64,000 bases of DNA from the human T2T-CHM13v2.0 reference genome, Homo sapiens: assembly GCF_009914755.1 (NCBI RefSeq), contig NC_060941.1. One strand, 5' to 3'. Every line of letters starts with the position of its first letter. Positions within the stretch are counted from its first letter, which is position 1. The notes beneath the pieces are model-generated. The model was not told the origin of the DNA. It ran no database searches and saw only the letters and a list, made by a program, of their open reading frames with translations. Shown here piece by piece: positions 1 through 22,389 of this stretch. Both the position numbers and the translations under genes were made by a program.

Positions 1-500
1 AAAAACTCTTCAAGACAAATAATCAGACTTTTCCAAAATAATTATCAAGGTGAAAAACAATGAGAGGAAGAAAGAACCTACAAATTAACAAATTAACAGA
101 GACTAAAAGAGATATCACCTAAGTGCACTATACAGACTGTGCGTAGATCTTAATCCAAACAAAACTGAAAAAAATCTGAGACAACTGTTAGACAAATTAG
201 ACTATAAACTGGAAATGTGATAGTATTAATGAGTTATTCATTTTTAAGGTGTTATAATGTTTTGTGGATATATTAGGTAAAAGCAGGGGGTTTATGTTTT
301 ATGGATTATATGATATTTACAGGTGGTATATGATGTCTGGATTTGCTTCAAAATAATCCTAGGTGGGAGGGGGAAAGAGGGAAGGGTATGCTTCATATGT
401 TAGAAATTGATAAAGATAGCTAACAGTTATGTGGAAATTCCCTATTCTGTTCTCTCTATATATGTTCACAGTTTTCTATAATACAAAGTTTTAAAAGAGT
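1..500 (+). mobile_element. Ancient L1 (L1ME/L1MC-type) 3' fragment
   Basis: gatgtctggatttgcttcaaaataatcc and A-rich L1M 3'-end-like sequence. Confidence 0.55.
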
Positions 501-959
501 AAATCCAAAATCAACATGGTACTCCATAATCTGGTCCCTTTTGCCTCACCTCCTCTCCCTGTGCTCCAGGCACACTGTAACAACCTAGTCACACTTCTGC
601 CTCAGGACCCTTTCAGAGGTCATTCCTTCTGCTTAGAACCCTCTTATTCCAGATGTGCACATGGCTAGCTCCCTTGTTTCTTCAGAGACCTCTTAGCTCT
701 CCAGGTTCTTATCAGAGTAGTCTTCCCTGTCCACTATAAAATCACACACATGATTTTTTTTCTATTTCAATTAGAAACATAAACTTCTTGGGGAAAGAAA
801 TTCTGTTCTGTTTACTCTCATTCCCATTACCTAGAGCAGTGACTTAATATATGGTGAATGAATATATTTATGTTGAATAAAAGTAAGTAATGAATTTAAT
901 AAAAGAATATCTTTAAAAAATTCTAGAACCCATATGTTGTCAAAGCTTATGTAATTTAC

Positions 960-10407
<9,448 letters not shown>

Positions 10408-10580
10408 AGCCTAACCGTTCAGAGGGAGAAAAAAAAAAAGCCTTAGTCGCGATTCTGAGCAAAAACGGCAATGCGACGCCACGCTCTCTTGAGCCTCGGC
10501 CAATCATCGCCCTTACAGGAAGTGACGTTATCATGCCTCGCCCGACGGAAACCAGAATCGTTTTGGGTCTGGTCGCCAAG

Positions 10581-11699
10581 ATGGCGTCCTCCGCCTCCGC
10601 CCGGACTCCGGCAGGGAAGCGAGTGATAAATCAGGAAGAATTGCGGCGGTTAATGAAGGAGAAGCAGCGTCTGAGCACCAGTCGGAAACGGATAGAATCT
10701 CCATTCGCGAAGTACAACCGTTTGGGGCAGCTGAGTTGTGCCCTGTGTAACACTCCGGTTAAGAGCGAGCTCCTGTGGCAGACTCACGTCCTGGGAAAGC
10801 AGCACCGAGAGAAAGTGGCCGAGCTGAAAGGCGCGAAGGAAGCCAGCCAGGGTTCGTCCGCCAGTTCAGCGCCTCAGTCCGTCAAGAGGAAAGCGCCGGA
10901 CGCAGACGACCAAGATGTCAAGAGAGCGAAGGCCACCTTGGTGCCTCAGGTACAGCCCTCCACATCTGCGTGGACCACCAACTTTGACAAAATAGGAAAG
11001 GAGTTCATTAGAGCGACTCCCAGTAAGCCTTCAGGACTCAGTTTACTCCCCGATTATGAAGATGAGGAGGAGGAGGAAGAGGAGGAGGAAGGAGATGGAG
11101 AAAGAAAAAGGGGGGACGCCAGCAAGCCGCTCTCCGACGCACAGGGCAAGGAGCACTCAGTTTCCTCTTCACGGGAGGTAACAAGTAGTGTGCTGCCAAA
11201 CGATTTCTTTAGTACTAATCCTCCCAAGGCCCCCATAATTCCTCATTCAGGGTCAATTGAGAAAGCAGAAATACATGAAAAAGTGGTGGAAAGGAGAGAA
11301 AACACCGCGGAAGCGTTACCGGAAGGTTTTTTTGACGACCCTGAGGTAGATGCAAGAGTACGAAAGGTTGATGCTCCAAAAGATCAGATGGACAAAGAGT
11401 GGGACGAATTCCAAAAAGCCATGAGGCAGGTCAACACTATTTCCGAAGCCATAGTTGCCGAAGAGGATGAGGAGGGACGGTTGGACCGCCAGATTGGGGA
11501 GATCGATGAGCAGATAGAGTGTTACCGACGGGTGGAAAAGCTACGGAATCGCCAGGATGAAATAAAAAATAAACTTAAAGAAATCCTGACCATAAAAGAA
11601 CTGCAGAAAAAGGAAGAAGAGAATGCTGACAGCGATGATGAGGGGGAACTACAGGATTTGTTGTCTCAGGATTGGAGGGTGAAAGGGGCATTGTTATAG
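10581..11699 (+). CDS. ZNF830: ZNF830 (CCDC16/OMCG1), single-exon zinc-finger spliceosome-associated protein, 372 aa
   Basis: Uninterrupted ORF, strong Kozak AAGATGG, CALC...H...H zinc finger, poly-Glu tract, LPEGFFDD motif, C-terminal coiled coil ending DWRVKGALL. Confidence 0.97.
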   Translation: MASSASARTPAGKRVINQEELRRLMKEKQRLSTSRKRIESPFAKYNRLGQLSCALCNTPVKSELLWQTHVLGKQHREKVAELKGAKEASQGSSASSAPQSVKRKAPDADDQDVKRAKATLVPQVQPSTSAWTTNFDKIGKEFIRATPSKPSGLSLLPDYEDEEEEEEEEEGDGERKRGDASKPLSDAQGKEHSVSSSREVTSSVLPNDFFSTNPPKAPIIPHSGSIEKAEIHEKVVERRENTAEALPEGFFDDPEVDARVRKVDAPKDQMDKEWDEFQKAMRQVNTISEAIVAEEDEEGRLDRQIGEIDEQIECYRRVEKLRNRQDEIKNKLKEILTIKELQKKEEENADSDDEGELQDLLSQDWRVKGALL

Positions 11700-12274
11700 G
11701 GTTTTAAAGACCCAAGGTTTCTAACAGCCTCTGCTGTTGTATAAAAAGTGCTGTCTCTCAGTAGTATAGCGGTTACTTCATGCCTCAAGATTTGGGTACC
11801 TGGATTGCTAAACTGGATTGTTGAGATAAAATGAGCCAGTGAGCTACAGCACTTTGGAAAATTTGTGTAACATGTTTTTGAGGTAAAGTTGTTTTTGAAA
11901 TTTCTGAAGTGTTATATACCAAAATGCCAACATTTCCACGACAGACTTAACTGTATAATTTCGTTGTAAAATCTGTAAGTTGTAAATATTGTACATAGTT
12001 AAATCTGTATTCTGTTTTGAATTTTTTTAATTAATAGAAAGACCAACCGGCAAACTTTCAGATGAATGCTTACTGTGGTATTTGGAATGTATGTATCTTC
12101 TGAACCCTACATCAAGTTGAAAAGGTTTGTTTTCTTGTTTCTTTGGTTTTTGTATGGTTTTTTAGAACACTTCATAAACACATAAGTCATTGTAGGTTAA
12201 TCAGTTCTCTTAGTGTGCTTTATTTTAAAAACATAAGAAAACTATATGCCAAACATGACCAAACCAATGATGGT

Positions 12275-12430
12275 CAGATGTGGTTGCACATGAGAGTCAC
12301 CTATGAAGCATTAAAATAATTAAAGTGTCTGAGGCCTTCCCCTTCAATAAATCTGGGATTGGGCCCAGGCAACTGTGTTTTTTAAGCACCCAGGTTATTC
12401 TAATATATGCCAGGGTTAGAGAGTAACTGC
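12275..12430. mobile_element. MER5-type hAT DNA transposon remnant
   Basis: gggcccaggcaactgtgttttttaagcacccaggttattctaat resembles MER5A. Confidence 0.55.
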
Positions 12431-13163
12431 CCTAAATCCAGAACCCATTTATGTTTTTCAGGTTTTTTCTTTTTCTTTAAATAACACATTCCATAAATTT
12501 GCTGTTTCTTGAATGAAGGAAAAAATATTATCTTTTATTTATTTCATCCAGCCTTAAATTTTGTTATTTGGTGGTAAATTAGGGTTCCTTGTTTGCAGGT
12601 CCTATCTATTGTAGAAAGAATATTTAAGTTGTCTTTCCAGCAGTAACAATTGGCTCTTGCTGGTCATTGATAGTTTAAATCACTCCTTCCTTTAGAGATT
12701 GAGGTACTCAAATAGGAAAAGGGAATTAGCAGTGTTCTGGAGTTGAAATGCATACAGCATATTCAAATAAAAGTGAGCAATAATAATAATAGCTAAGACC
12801 TATATATTTCTTAGTATGGGCCAGGCATGGTTCTAAGTGCTTTACATATATTAACTCAATCTAGTTTCCCTAAAGTCTTTTTTTATGGAGAGGAGTACCA
12901 AGAGATAAGGTTTGAAAAGCCTTGAATGCTAAGTGAAAATTTTTGATGAAGTTCATATGAAAATGGAGGTTTTGAGCAAAGAATTACATCTGCAAAGAAG
13001 TATCATGGGACATTATTAACAGTATATAGAATGGAATGAACACGGAGGGTAGAAGGAAGCTAGGAGCTATTTGAAAACTATATTTTCAAAAGCAAGGTGA
13101 CAAGACTGATTAGCTGAGGATTGGGAGAAAAGGAATAGAAGTGAAAGCATGTCATAGGAATAG

Positions 13164-13486
<323 letters not shown>

Positions 13487-13882
13487 AGAATAGCTAAATT
13501 TTAGTGACTAGAAGTGGAAGAAGAAAAACAGGAGGGATAAGTATGGGATTCAAGATTTTGTTTGTATTTAGTGTCACTGCCTAAAAGGAGTTATCTAACA
13601 CTTACTGAACAGTTGCTGTGTACCACAAATTATTATTAATAATTGTCCTGCTGCCTTTGGCAGTCTTCCTCCTTGAGCTGCTAGCTGATCAGTGATAGCA
13701 GCTTCTATTTGATGAGACACGGCTTGCTTGCCTCAAATGTGTGAACCCAGTGTTACTCAGAATTTTCCCTTCATTCATCACTATTACTCTAGCAAGAAAG
13801 TACAAATATGGGTTTGAATGGTGGGCCCAGTACTGCCTTGGCCAACAATCTAGTGGAGTACTGTCCACTAAAGATAAAATGC

Positions 13883-14180
13883 GACTGGGTGTGGTGGCTC
13901 ATGCCTGTAATCCTAGCACTTTGGGAATCCGAGGCAGGTGGATCACTTGAGCTCAGAAGTTCAAGACCAGCCTGGGCAACATGGCAAAACCCCATCTCTA
14001 CAAAAAATATAAACAAATAATCCAGGTGTGGCATTCACCTGTAGTCCCAGCTGCTTGGGATGCTGAGGTGGGAGGATCACCTGTGCCAGGGAAGGTGGCG
14101 GTTGCAGTGAGCTGTGATTGTGCCACTGCACTCCCTCATGGGTGACAGTGTGACCCTGTCTCAAAAAGTAAAAAAATAAA
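13883..14180 (+). mobile_element. Alu (J-type), followed by a MER33-like remnant to ~14435
   Basis: Alu consensus. Confidence 0.88.
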
Positions 14181-15656
14181 ATATAATGCAAGCCATAGAT
14201 AAATTTTACATTTTCTAGTAGCCAAAGTAAAAAGAAGTGAAAGTAGTTTTAATGTGTTTTATTTCATCTATGTCCAGAATATTAATGTTCCAATATGTAA
14301 TATTTAAAGATTGATTATTTTTACTACATTTTTGAAATCTAGGTGTATCTAACAGCACATCTCAGTTTAGACTGGCCACACTTCAAGTACTCGATAGCCA
14401 TATGTGACTAGTGGCTACTATAAAGAACAGCGTAGATCTAAAGAGTAAGGTATCCAGGTGAAAAGATAAACATGCTCAGGAGGTAGTGAGCATCCAATTT
14501 AACTAGAGCAGAGGGTTCAGTCCTGGCAACAGTGGGAATTATGATTGAAAAGGTAGATTAGGAACATGTGGAGGAGCTTGAATGCCAAGCTCTAAGGAAT
14601 TTGAACTTTCTAAGTTAACAATTTATCCTTGTAAATTGAGTCCTTAATTGTAACACAGTCAAAGAAGTGCTTAAGAAGTGCCAGGTGTGTGTTACTACTC
14701 ACGTGAACCCCCGTTGGGCTTTTAGGACGGCCAAAAAGCCCTCAAAATCTGATTCTCAATGCTCTGTATTCCGGAGCAGTAGAAATGGGGCCCTGACCAT
14801 AATCAGTGCTCAAATGAATCCTTGTTGAATTTGAGGTCAGCGTAAGCAGCTATAGTAGCTAGTGCATCTTTCCTGATCCACTTATACATTGGAAAGCTCC
14901 ATTATTATACTTTCTCTGAGCTAAGTCAAATAGGTTTCAGCATTTGACTGAATACCATCATTGTTCCTAAATTGTAAGAATTGGTCCCAAGGACTCCCTC
15001 CAGTCACTTCTCTTTTTAGAATGCCCCCTAATTCAGCCGTCATCACAATATAGAAGTGTAAAGGCTATAAAGGTATCCTCTCACCCAACTTCACTTATCG
15101 ATTTAAATCAATACCCCTAACTTGAAAGAAGAAAAAAAAATGCTGATCCAACTAGCCTTCAAATATATATGTGTCCAGTGCCTTACAATTTTCATTTATT
15201 GATGGAAGTAATGACTGCTTTTTACACACCAGGGGACAAAATAGGCTATGAAATTAAAATTGCAGGAGAAAATGTAATTTAGGCCTAAGATCTTTAATAG
15301 TAACAATCACTAGATTAGTGTGTAGTAATGCAAAGAACCATGGAACAGAAGACTTGCATTCAAGTTTCCACTCTACTTTTTAATGGTTAATGAGCTTGGC
15401 CAAGTCACGTCTCTGAGCCTCAGTTTGCTCCACTATAAAATGAAGATATGTAATTCCTCACAGGGGTATGGTGAGAGTCCAGCAAGACATGGACTCATTC
15501 TGATGAACACAGAATGGAAGGTCTTAATGGAAATAGTGTATTTCCTGTCAAGCACCAATTGGCTAGCTGTTTGGCTAGATGTTGTGCCGGGGGTTTGAGT
15601 AAGTATTCATAGGAATGATGACTAGATAGATAACCTTAGACTGCTTTTTCAAACTA

Positions 15657-16024
<368 letters not shown>

Positions 16025-16296
16025 CAAAGTTTGAACAGGGAAAAAAAAATCTCAGAACTCCTCGCATTCAATTTTATATCTACATTTCCTTCCTCAGTGA
16101 TCTGATCCCTTCCTATGGGTTTTAATATCACCTATGTAGTGAAGATTCCCAATTTATACCTCCAACCTTGGCCTTCCACCTAAGCTTCTGGCTTGGCTCA
16201 GTACCTACCTAACATTCCACTTCAAGGTTTAATAGGTGTCCAAAATATAATAACTCTCAAACAGAGCTTTGATTTTCTTCTCAAACCTGTTCTCAG

Positions 16297-16361
16297 GTTT
16301 ACTGAGAACTTGTCTCAGTAAACTTTACTGAGTAAATTTTACTGAGACTTGTCTCAGTAAA
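16297..16361. repeat. Triple palindrome built from TTTACTGAG(A)
   Basis: Three adjacent inverted repeats (see findings). Confidence 0.85.
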
Positions 16362-16863
16362 TGGCACCACTAGCCACCCAGACGCTCAAGACAAACCCTG
16401 GGGGCCATCATTCATTCTCTTTCCTTTCCCTCAAATCTAATGCACTAGTTAAGTCCTGTCCATTCCACCTCTAAAATATGCCTAAAATCTGTCCACTTCT
16501 TTCTCCACTGGCCCTAGCCACCAACATCTCATTCATTGTTGCCTGTCCCCCTACCCTCATCACAATCTATTCTGACAGAGTAGTCAGAATGATCTTAAAA
16601 TTTTAGATCAAGTCACTCTATCATTTAAAACCATTCATTATATGCTTCCATCACACTGGGGGGCGGGGTGGTAGGCAAGAAATCCAAGCCCTTATTAAGC
16701 CCACATGGTACTCAGGGATTGCTAATTCAAATGTCTACTACTTACAAACTGATGACAGTAAGCTCCATTAAAGTGGCGTGGAAGGGGACAGGAGAGCATA
16801 ACTGCTCTATGTTGAAAGCAATTGTTATTCAGGAATAATGGCCTGGCATAGTGACATGGCCAA

Positions 16864-17153
16864 TTTGTTTTTTGTGGGTTTTTTTTTTTGACGGAGTCTC
16901 GTTCTGTTGTGCAGTGGCACAATCTCGGCTCACTGCAACCTCCGCCTCCCGGGTTCACGCCATTCTGCCTCAGCCTCCTGAGTAGCTGGGACTACAGGCG
17001 CCTGCCACCACGCCTGGCTAATTTTTTTGTATTTTTAGTAGAGACAGGGTTTCACCATGTTAACCAGGATGGTCTCATCTCCTGACCTTGTGATCCACTT
17101 GCCTCGGACTCCCTAAGTGCTGGGATTACAGGCGTGAGCCACCACACCCGGCC
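16864..17153 (-). mobile_element. Alu (Y/Sc-type) with small internal deletions
   Basis: Alu consensus. Confidence 0.9.
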
Positions 17154-18660
17154 CAAATTTTTTTTTTAACTTAAGAGAAATTGCAAGTCAGGATTGTTTT
17201 TTAGTGAAATATCAAAAACACTGTGGGCTGAGTGTGATCTGTGGGCCCCCACCTTGTGACATACCTCTCTGACTTCATCTACTACACATTTCCCCTTAAT
17301 TCTCTATGTCCCAGTTCACTGGCTAGCTTTCTAGCCATCAGATGTGACATCTCAGGGCTTGTGCACTTGTGGTTTTCTCTGCTTGGAATGTGACTTCAGA
17401 TAGCATGGCAGTCTTCTCAGTCATTCAGTTCTCAGCTCTAAAGTCCCTTTCTCAGATGGCATAAACAGCCACCCGTCACTCACAATACTTTATGAATTCA
17501 CTAAACTTATCACTATCTTAAGTTAGCTTGTTTATTTGTATCTAAGTTAACATCTCTCCCCAATAGAATGTAAACTCCATGAGAGCAGGGATTTTGTCTG
17601 TCTTAGTTGCAACCTAAAATAATGTCAGACACATAATAGAGCTCGGTAAAGACCTGTTGAATGAATACCACCCACATAGCTGGAAGTTGCTTGGGAAAGT
17701 GGCAGAAAGATCAAGCTGACTACAGAAATCAGAACCAGCATAAAAGCCAGTTAGCAGCTTGAACAGAGGGCTGAGGTACTTTTTTCCAACTATGTGTCTT
17801 CCTTACTTCTCTGGCACATGAAGCCTTTACCTATTCTGAGCACACAACAGGGCAAGGAGGTATACACAACAGCCTCTAGGGTGCAATGGGCCACCTTCAC
17901 AGTTAGCTGACAAGAATTCCTCATGGCACCAAATAGGCAAAGAGGGACCTCCATATGTCAGTGGGAGCTCTTGGGCAGCCTTGATACCAGAAGGAGGAAA
18001 GTTACCCAGTGGCAGGGCAAGATCACAAAGCCAACAAGCACTCACTAACCCCCAGCCATGCTCAGCCCTCACCATTTCATTTGGCTCACCCCTTGTCTCT
18101 TGGCAGTCAAAACCTTTCAGAGTGCATCTATGCACTCAGCCATCCTTCACTGTAAGTACCCCCAGTCTCTCAGAGGAGGAAACCAGGTCCATCTGGCTGC
18201 ACCTCCATTTTGCTAGCAGCATTTGTTGAGCTTCAAGCACACTGGGAAGCCAAGAGTCATCTTTAGGGGAATGAGGAGGACCACACGAAGTGGTTGATGA
18301 TGGTAGTGTTTGTTGTTTTCATTGTTGTGTATTGTTTGTTTGCTTGTTGTTTTGCCAAGTGTAGTTACAAGGTAGTATCAATCAAGCCAGCTGATCGGGT
18401 TATTAATAATAGCTACCATTGACTGGATACCTACCATATGGGTGGCACTATGCTAGGGTTTGGTATACACCATGTCACATCCTCACAACCCTGTAAAGTA
18501 TATGAAATCTTCATTTTACAGATGAGGAAGCTGAGGCTCTGAAGTGAAACAACTTACTCAAGACAACAATCCCAAAGCCCTTGTTCTTCCCACTATTACA
18601 CTGCATCATTATTATTTAATATTAATATATACTTGCATAGAGTATTTTTTACTCACCAAC

Positions 18661-19002
18661 TGATATGGTTTGGCTGTGTCCCCACCCAAATCTCATCTTG
18701 AATTCCCACGTGTTGTGGGAGGCACCCAGTGGGAGGTAACTGAATCAAGGGGGCAAGTCTTTCCTGTGCTATTCTCGTGATACTGAATAAGTCTCAGGAG
18801 ATCTGATGGTTTTAAAGAGAGGAGTTCCTCTACACAAGTTCTGTCTCTTTGCCTGCTGCTGTTTACATAAGACATGACTTGCTCCTCCTTGTCTTCCACC
18901 ATGATTGCGAGGCCTCCCCAGCCATGTGGAACTGTAAGTCCGTTAAACCTCTTTCTTTCGTAAATTGCCCAGTCTCGGGTATGTTTTTATCGGTAGCATG
19001 AG
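18661..19002 (+). mobile_element. THE1-family (ERVL-MaLR) solo LTR
   Basis: Starts TGATATGGTTTGGCTGTGTCCCCACCCAAATCTCATCTTGAATT; contains gaggcctccccagccatgtggaactgtaagtc. Confidence 0.9.
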
Positions 19003-19934
19003 ATTGGTTTTTTTTTTATCTCACCACCCCCCACCAAAAGTGAAACAACTATTATCACTCCATTTTAGATGTCTAATGACTTGTCCAAGGTCACTCAGTA
19101 AGTTAATCACTAAGACTAGATGTAACTTGATTTCCTAGTCCAATATATTTTCTATATTTAATAATAAAATGTGCAAAACATGACAGGATCCCCAAAATAG
19201 CAAGAATTAAGATGAGGGAAGTTTGCTGTCAAGGTTAAAGCAGTCCAGTGCTTTTCACAATCCCTTGCTAGGCTGGGAAGTCCTCTTTGTTGCAGGGTGT
19301 TATCCTCAGATTTTCTCCACACACTCCCACAATACTCTGCCTTACCCTATTTCGCCAGCAATAAAGTGTGTACTCCTTAGTGGTCTCTGATGGGGGGAAG
19401 AATGATGATTTCAGTTCTCAGAAATCCCAATGGGAAACAACAGTTACAAAGTGCCCTGTGATCCACCGCTTTTTGACAAGGTGACCTTGGGCAAGTCACT
19501 TCACTCTTAGTTTCCTCAACTATTAATATAATCCAAGGAGAGTAATAGTTCCTGTCTCCTAAGATTAAATGAGTTAAACGCATGTCAATGCTTTTAGTAT
19601 AGCACCTGAGCCATACAGTAAGCACTCACTAAGTGTTGCCTGTTATTATTGTACTGTATGGTTTCCGTATTCTAGGAGACTGCCCTTCCTCCATGTGACC
19701 ATCCGCAGAGGGTATCTGAGGGAAAATGCTTTTGCTCTTTTGGGGATAATTTAGAAGTAGAAGAGGCACTGGATTAAGTAGAGTTATTTCCCAAGGTGGC
19801 TTAGACCCACTTGCTTCCATTCACTCCCTCTCATTTGTATATGTGACATTTATTGAGAACCTACTCTATGAGAGTTCCTAGGGATTCAAAGATGAATAAA
19901 ATGTGGCCCTGAACAAAGGGATCTCAGTCTAGAT

Positions 19935-20456
19935 CAGGGCTTTTCAACCCCATCACTATTTTTGTTTGGTTGGTTGGTTGGTGGGTTGTTTTTCCGAGAC
20001 AAGGTCTCGCTCTGACGCCCAGGCTGGAGTGCAGTGGTGTGATCATAGCTCATCTCAGCCTTGAACTCCCAGGCTCAAGTGATCCTCCTGCCTTAGCTTC
20101 CTGAGTAGCTAGGACTATAGGCACGAGCCACCACACTCAGCTATTTTTCCCCCTTTTTTTGGTAGGGACAGTGTCTCCCTGTTACCAAGGCTGGTCTTGA
20201 ACTTCTGTACTCAAGTGATCCTCCTGTCTCAGCCTCCCAAAGTGCTGGGATTACAGGCATGAGCCACCGTACCAGGCTTCCCTCTACACTATTGACATTT
20301 GGGACTGGATAATTATTTGGGCTGGGGTCTGTCCCGTGCATCATAGGATGTTTGGCAGCATCCCTGACCTCTATCCACTAAATGCCAGTGGCACTGTCAC
20401 AACCCCACCACCTCATCGTGTTAGCTAAGAGTAGCCCCCAGTTGAGATCTACTGGT
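19935..20456 (-). mobile_element. MER20 DNA transposon interrupted by an AluJ (~19960-20277, minus)
   Basis: cagggcttttcaacc...cacta|Alu|ttgacatttgggactggataatt...aggatgtttggcagcatccctg matches the MER20 reverse complement. Confidence 0.8.
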
Positions 20457-21952
20457 CTGTTTACAACTAACTATAATATAATATGATAAAATATGTTTGT
20501 GCAAAGTGTTGAGTGGGCAGTGTGTTGGAGGAGCAACTGACTGCAGGGAGGAGGGTTCAGAAAGGCTTCTGAGGAGGCAAAATTTGCACTCAGCATTGAA
20601 GGATGAGAAAGACTGTGCCAAGCAGTGAAGGAGGGAATGAGTATTGTGGACTAAGGTAACAGTGGCACAGAGACATGGAAAGTATGCAGTGCTGGGGAAA
20701 CTGTCGCCTCAAGTACATGGAAGGATGTGGTGGAAATAGGACAGGAAGTCCACTGGGACTAGATTTACAAAGAACCTTGCATGTGAGCCTAAGCAATTTA
20801 GACTCCAGCCTGAAAGCAGAAATCCAGCGTGGGAAGGAAGAGAAAAAAGCACATTCGTTTCTTGGAAAGACTTACCATCCTCAACTGGGAAAAGATAGAG
20901 ACGATGGACAAAAATGAGTAATTCCTTCTTTTAATCTGGATTTTCTTTCCAGTTATGGATTGGCTCTTCAGCCCACAGCTTCTATACTCCTCGAAATAAG
21001 AGGGAAGAAAAACTAGAGAAGCCCTCCTATTTTAGAACACAAGATTCACTCAAGAAAAAGACTCAATTTTACTCCTCCAAATAGTCCTTGAAGCTACTTG
21101 AAAACCTCTCATAGCAGAAACTGATATATTCTTTTGGTTGATGTCTTTTTATTTTAATTTTCAAAAAGTTTAGGAAATAGAAGCACACAGGGAAGTACAG
21201 AAAATAATATAACAAACATCCTGTACCCATTACCCAAAAATTTCTTTAAGAAATAGAAAAGTACAGAACACAGCTAAAACCCAAGTTAAAGAGAGTTTAG
21301 GTTTTAGATAGATACTTGGGCAGGAGGACACCTGGCTAACATTTGCAGCATCAGACATCAGTGTGCAGGTTCTGGATGAAGGGCTGTCCCACCTAGTCTG
21401 TCCAAATGGGCCCATTTCAAAGACAATGGTTCCCTAACCCAACTATATCCAATGCCCTATGCTGACCTACTCAAGGAGATTCTAGGTCAGTGGGTCTAGG
21501 TTGGGGCATCGGAAACAGTATGTTAAACAAGTTCTTCACGTAGTTCTGCAGTGGCAAAAACCAATGCTTGAAGCAATAACATAACCTGTCAACCTATTCA
21601 TCTGTTGATAACAGATCCTGCCTCACAAGTTTACTGTGAAGATTAAATACATACACACAAATTGCTTAGCACTGGCTTATAAGAAGCCCTCAATAATACT
21701 TATTAACAATAATCAATGTTCACTGAGTACTTCTTTAGTGTACACTACGGTACAAGGGTCTGCAAGAAATTCAAAGGTATATATCAACCTCTCCCTGAAG
21801 GCAGAGTCTGAGTTTATCTTACTCACTCAATGCCCTGCACAAAGCAGACACTCAAACAATACTTATTGAATAAATGAGTGAAAAAGTGGCCCTGATCTTC
21901 AAGGAAATTACAATCTGGTTGTGTTATAAATAGTATATAAGAAACTGGGCAG

Positions 21953-22389
<437 letters not shown>

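Noticed and set aside
10533-10580. 16-codon in-frame 5' extension of ZNF830 (388-aa ORF)
   Set aside because: The ATG sits beside core promoter motifs and is probably upstream of the TSS; 10581 has the stronger context and gives the known 372-aa protein.
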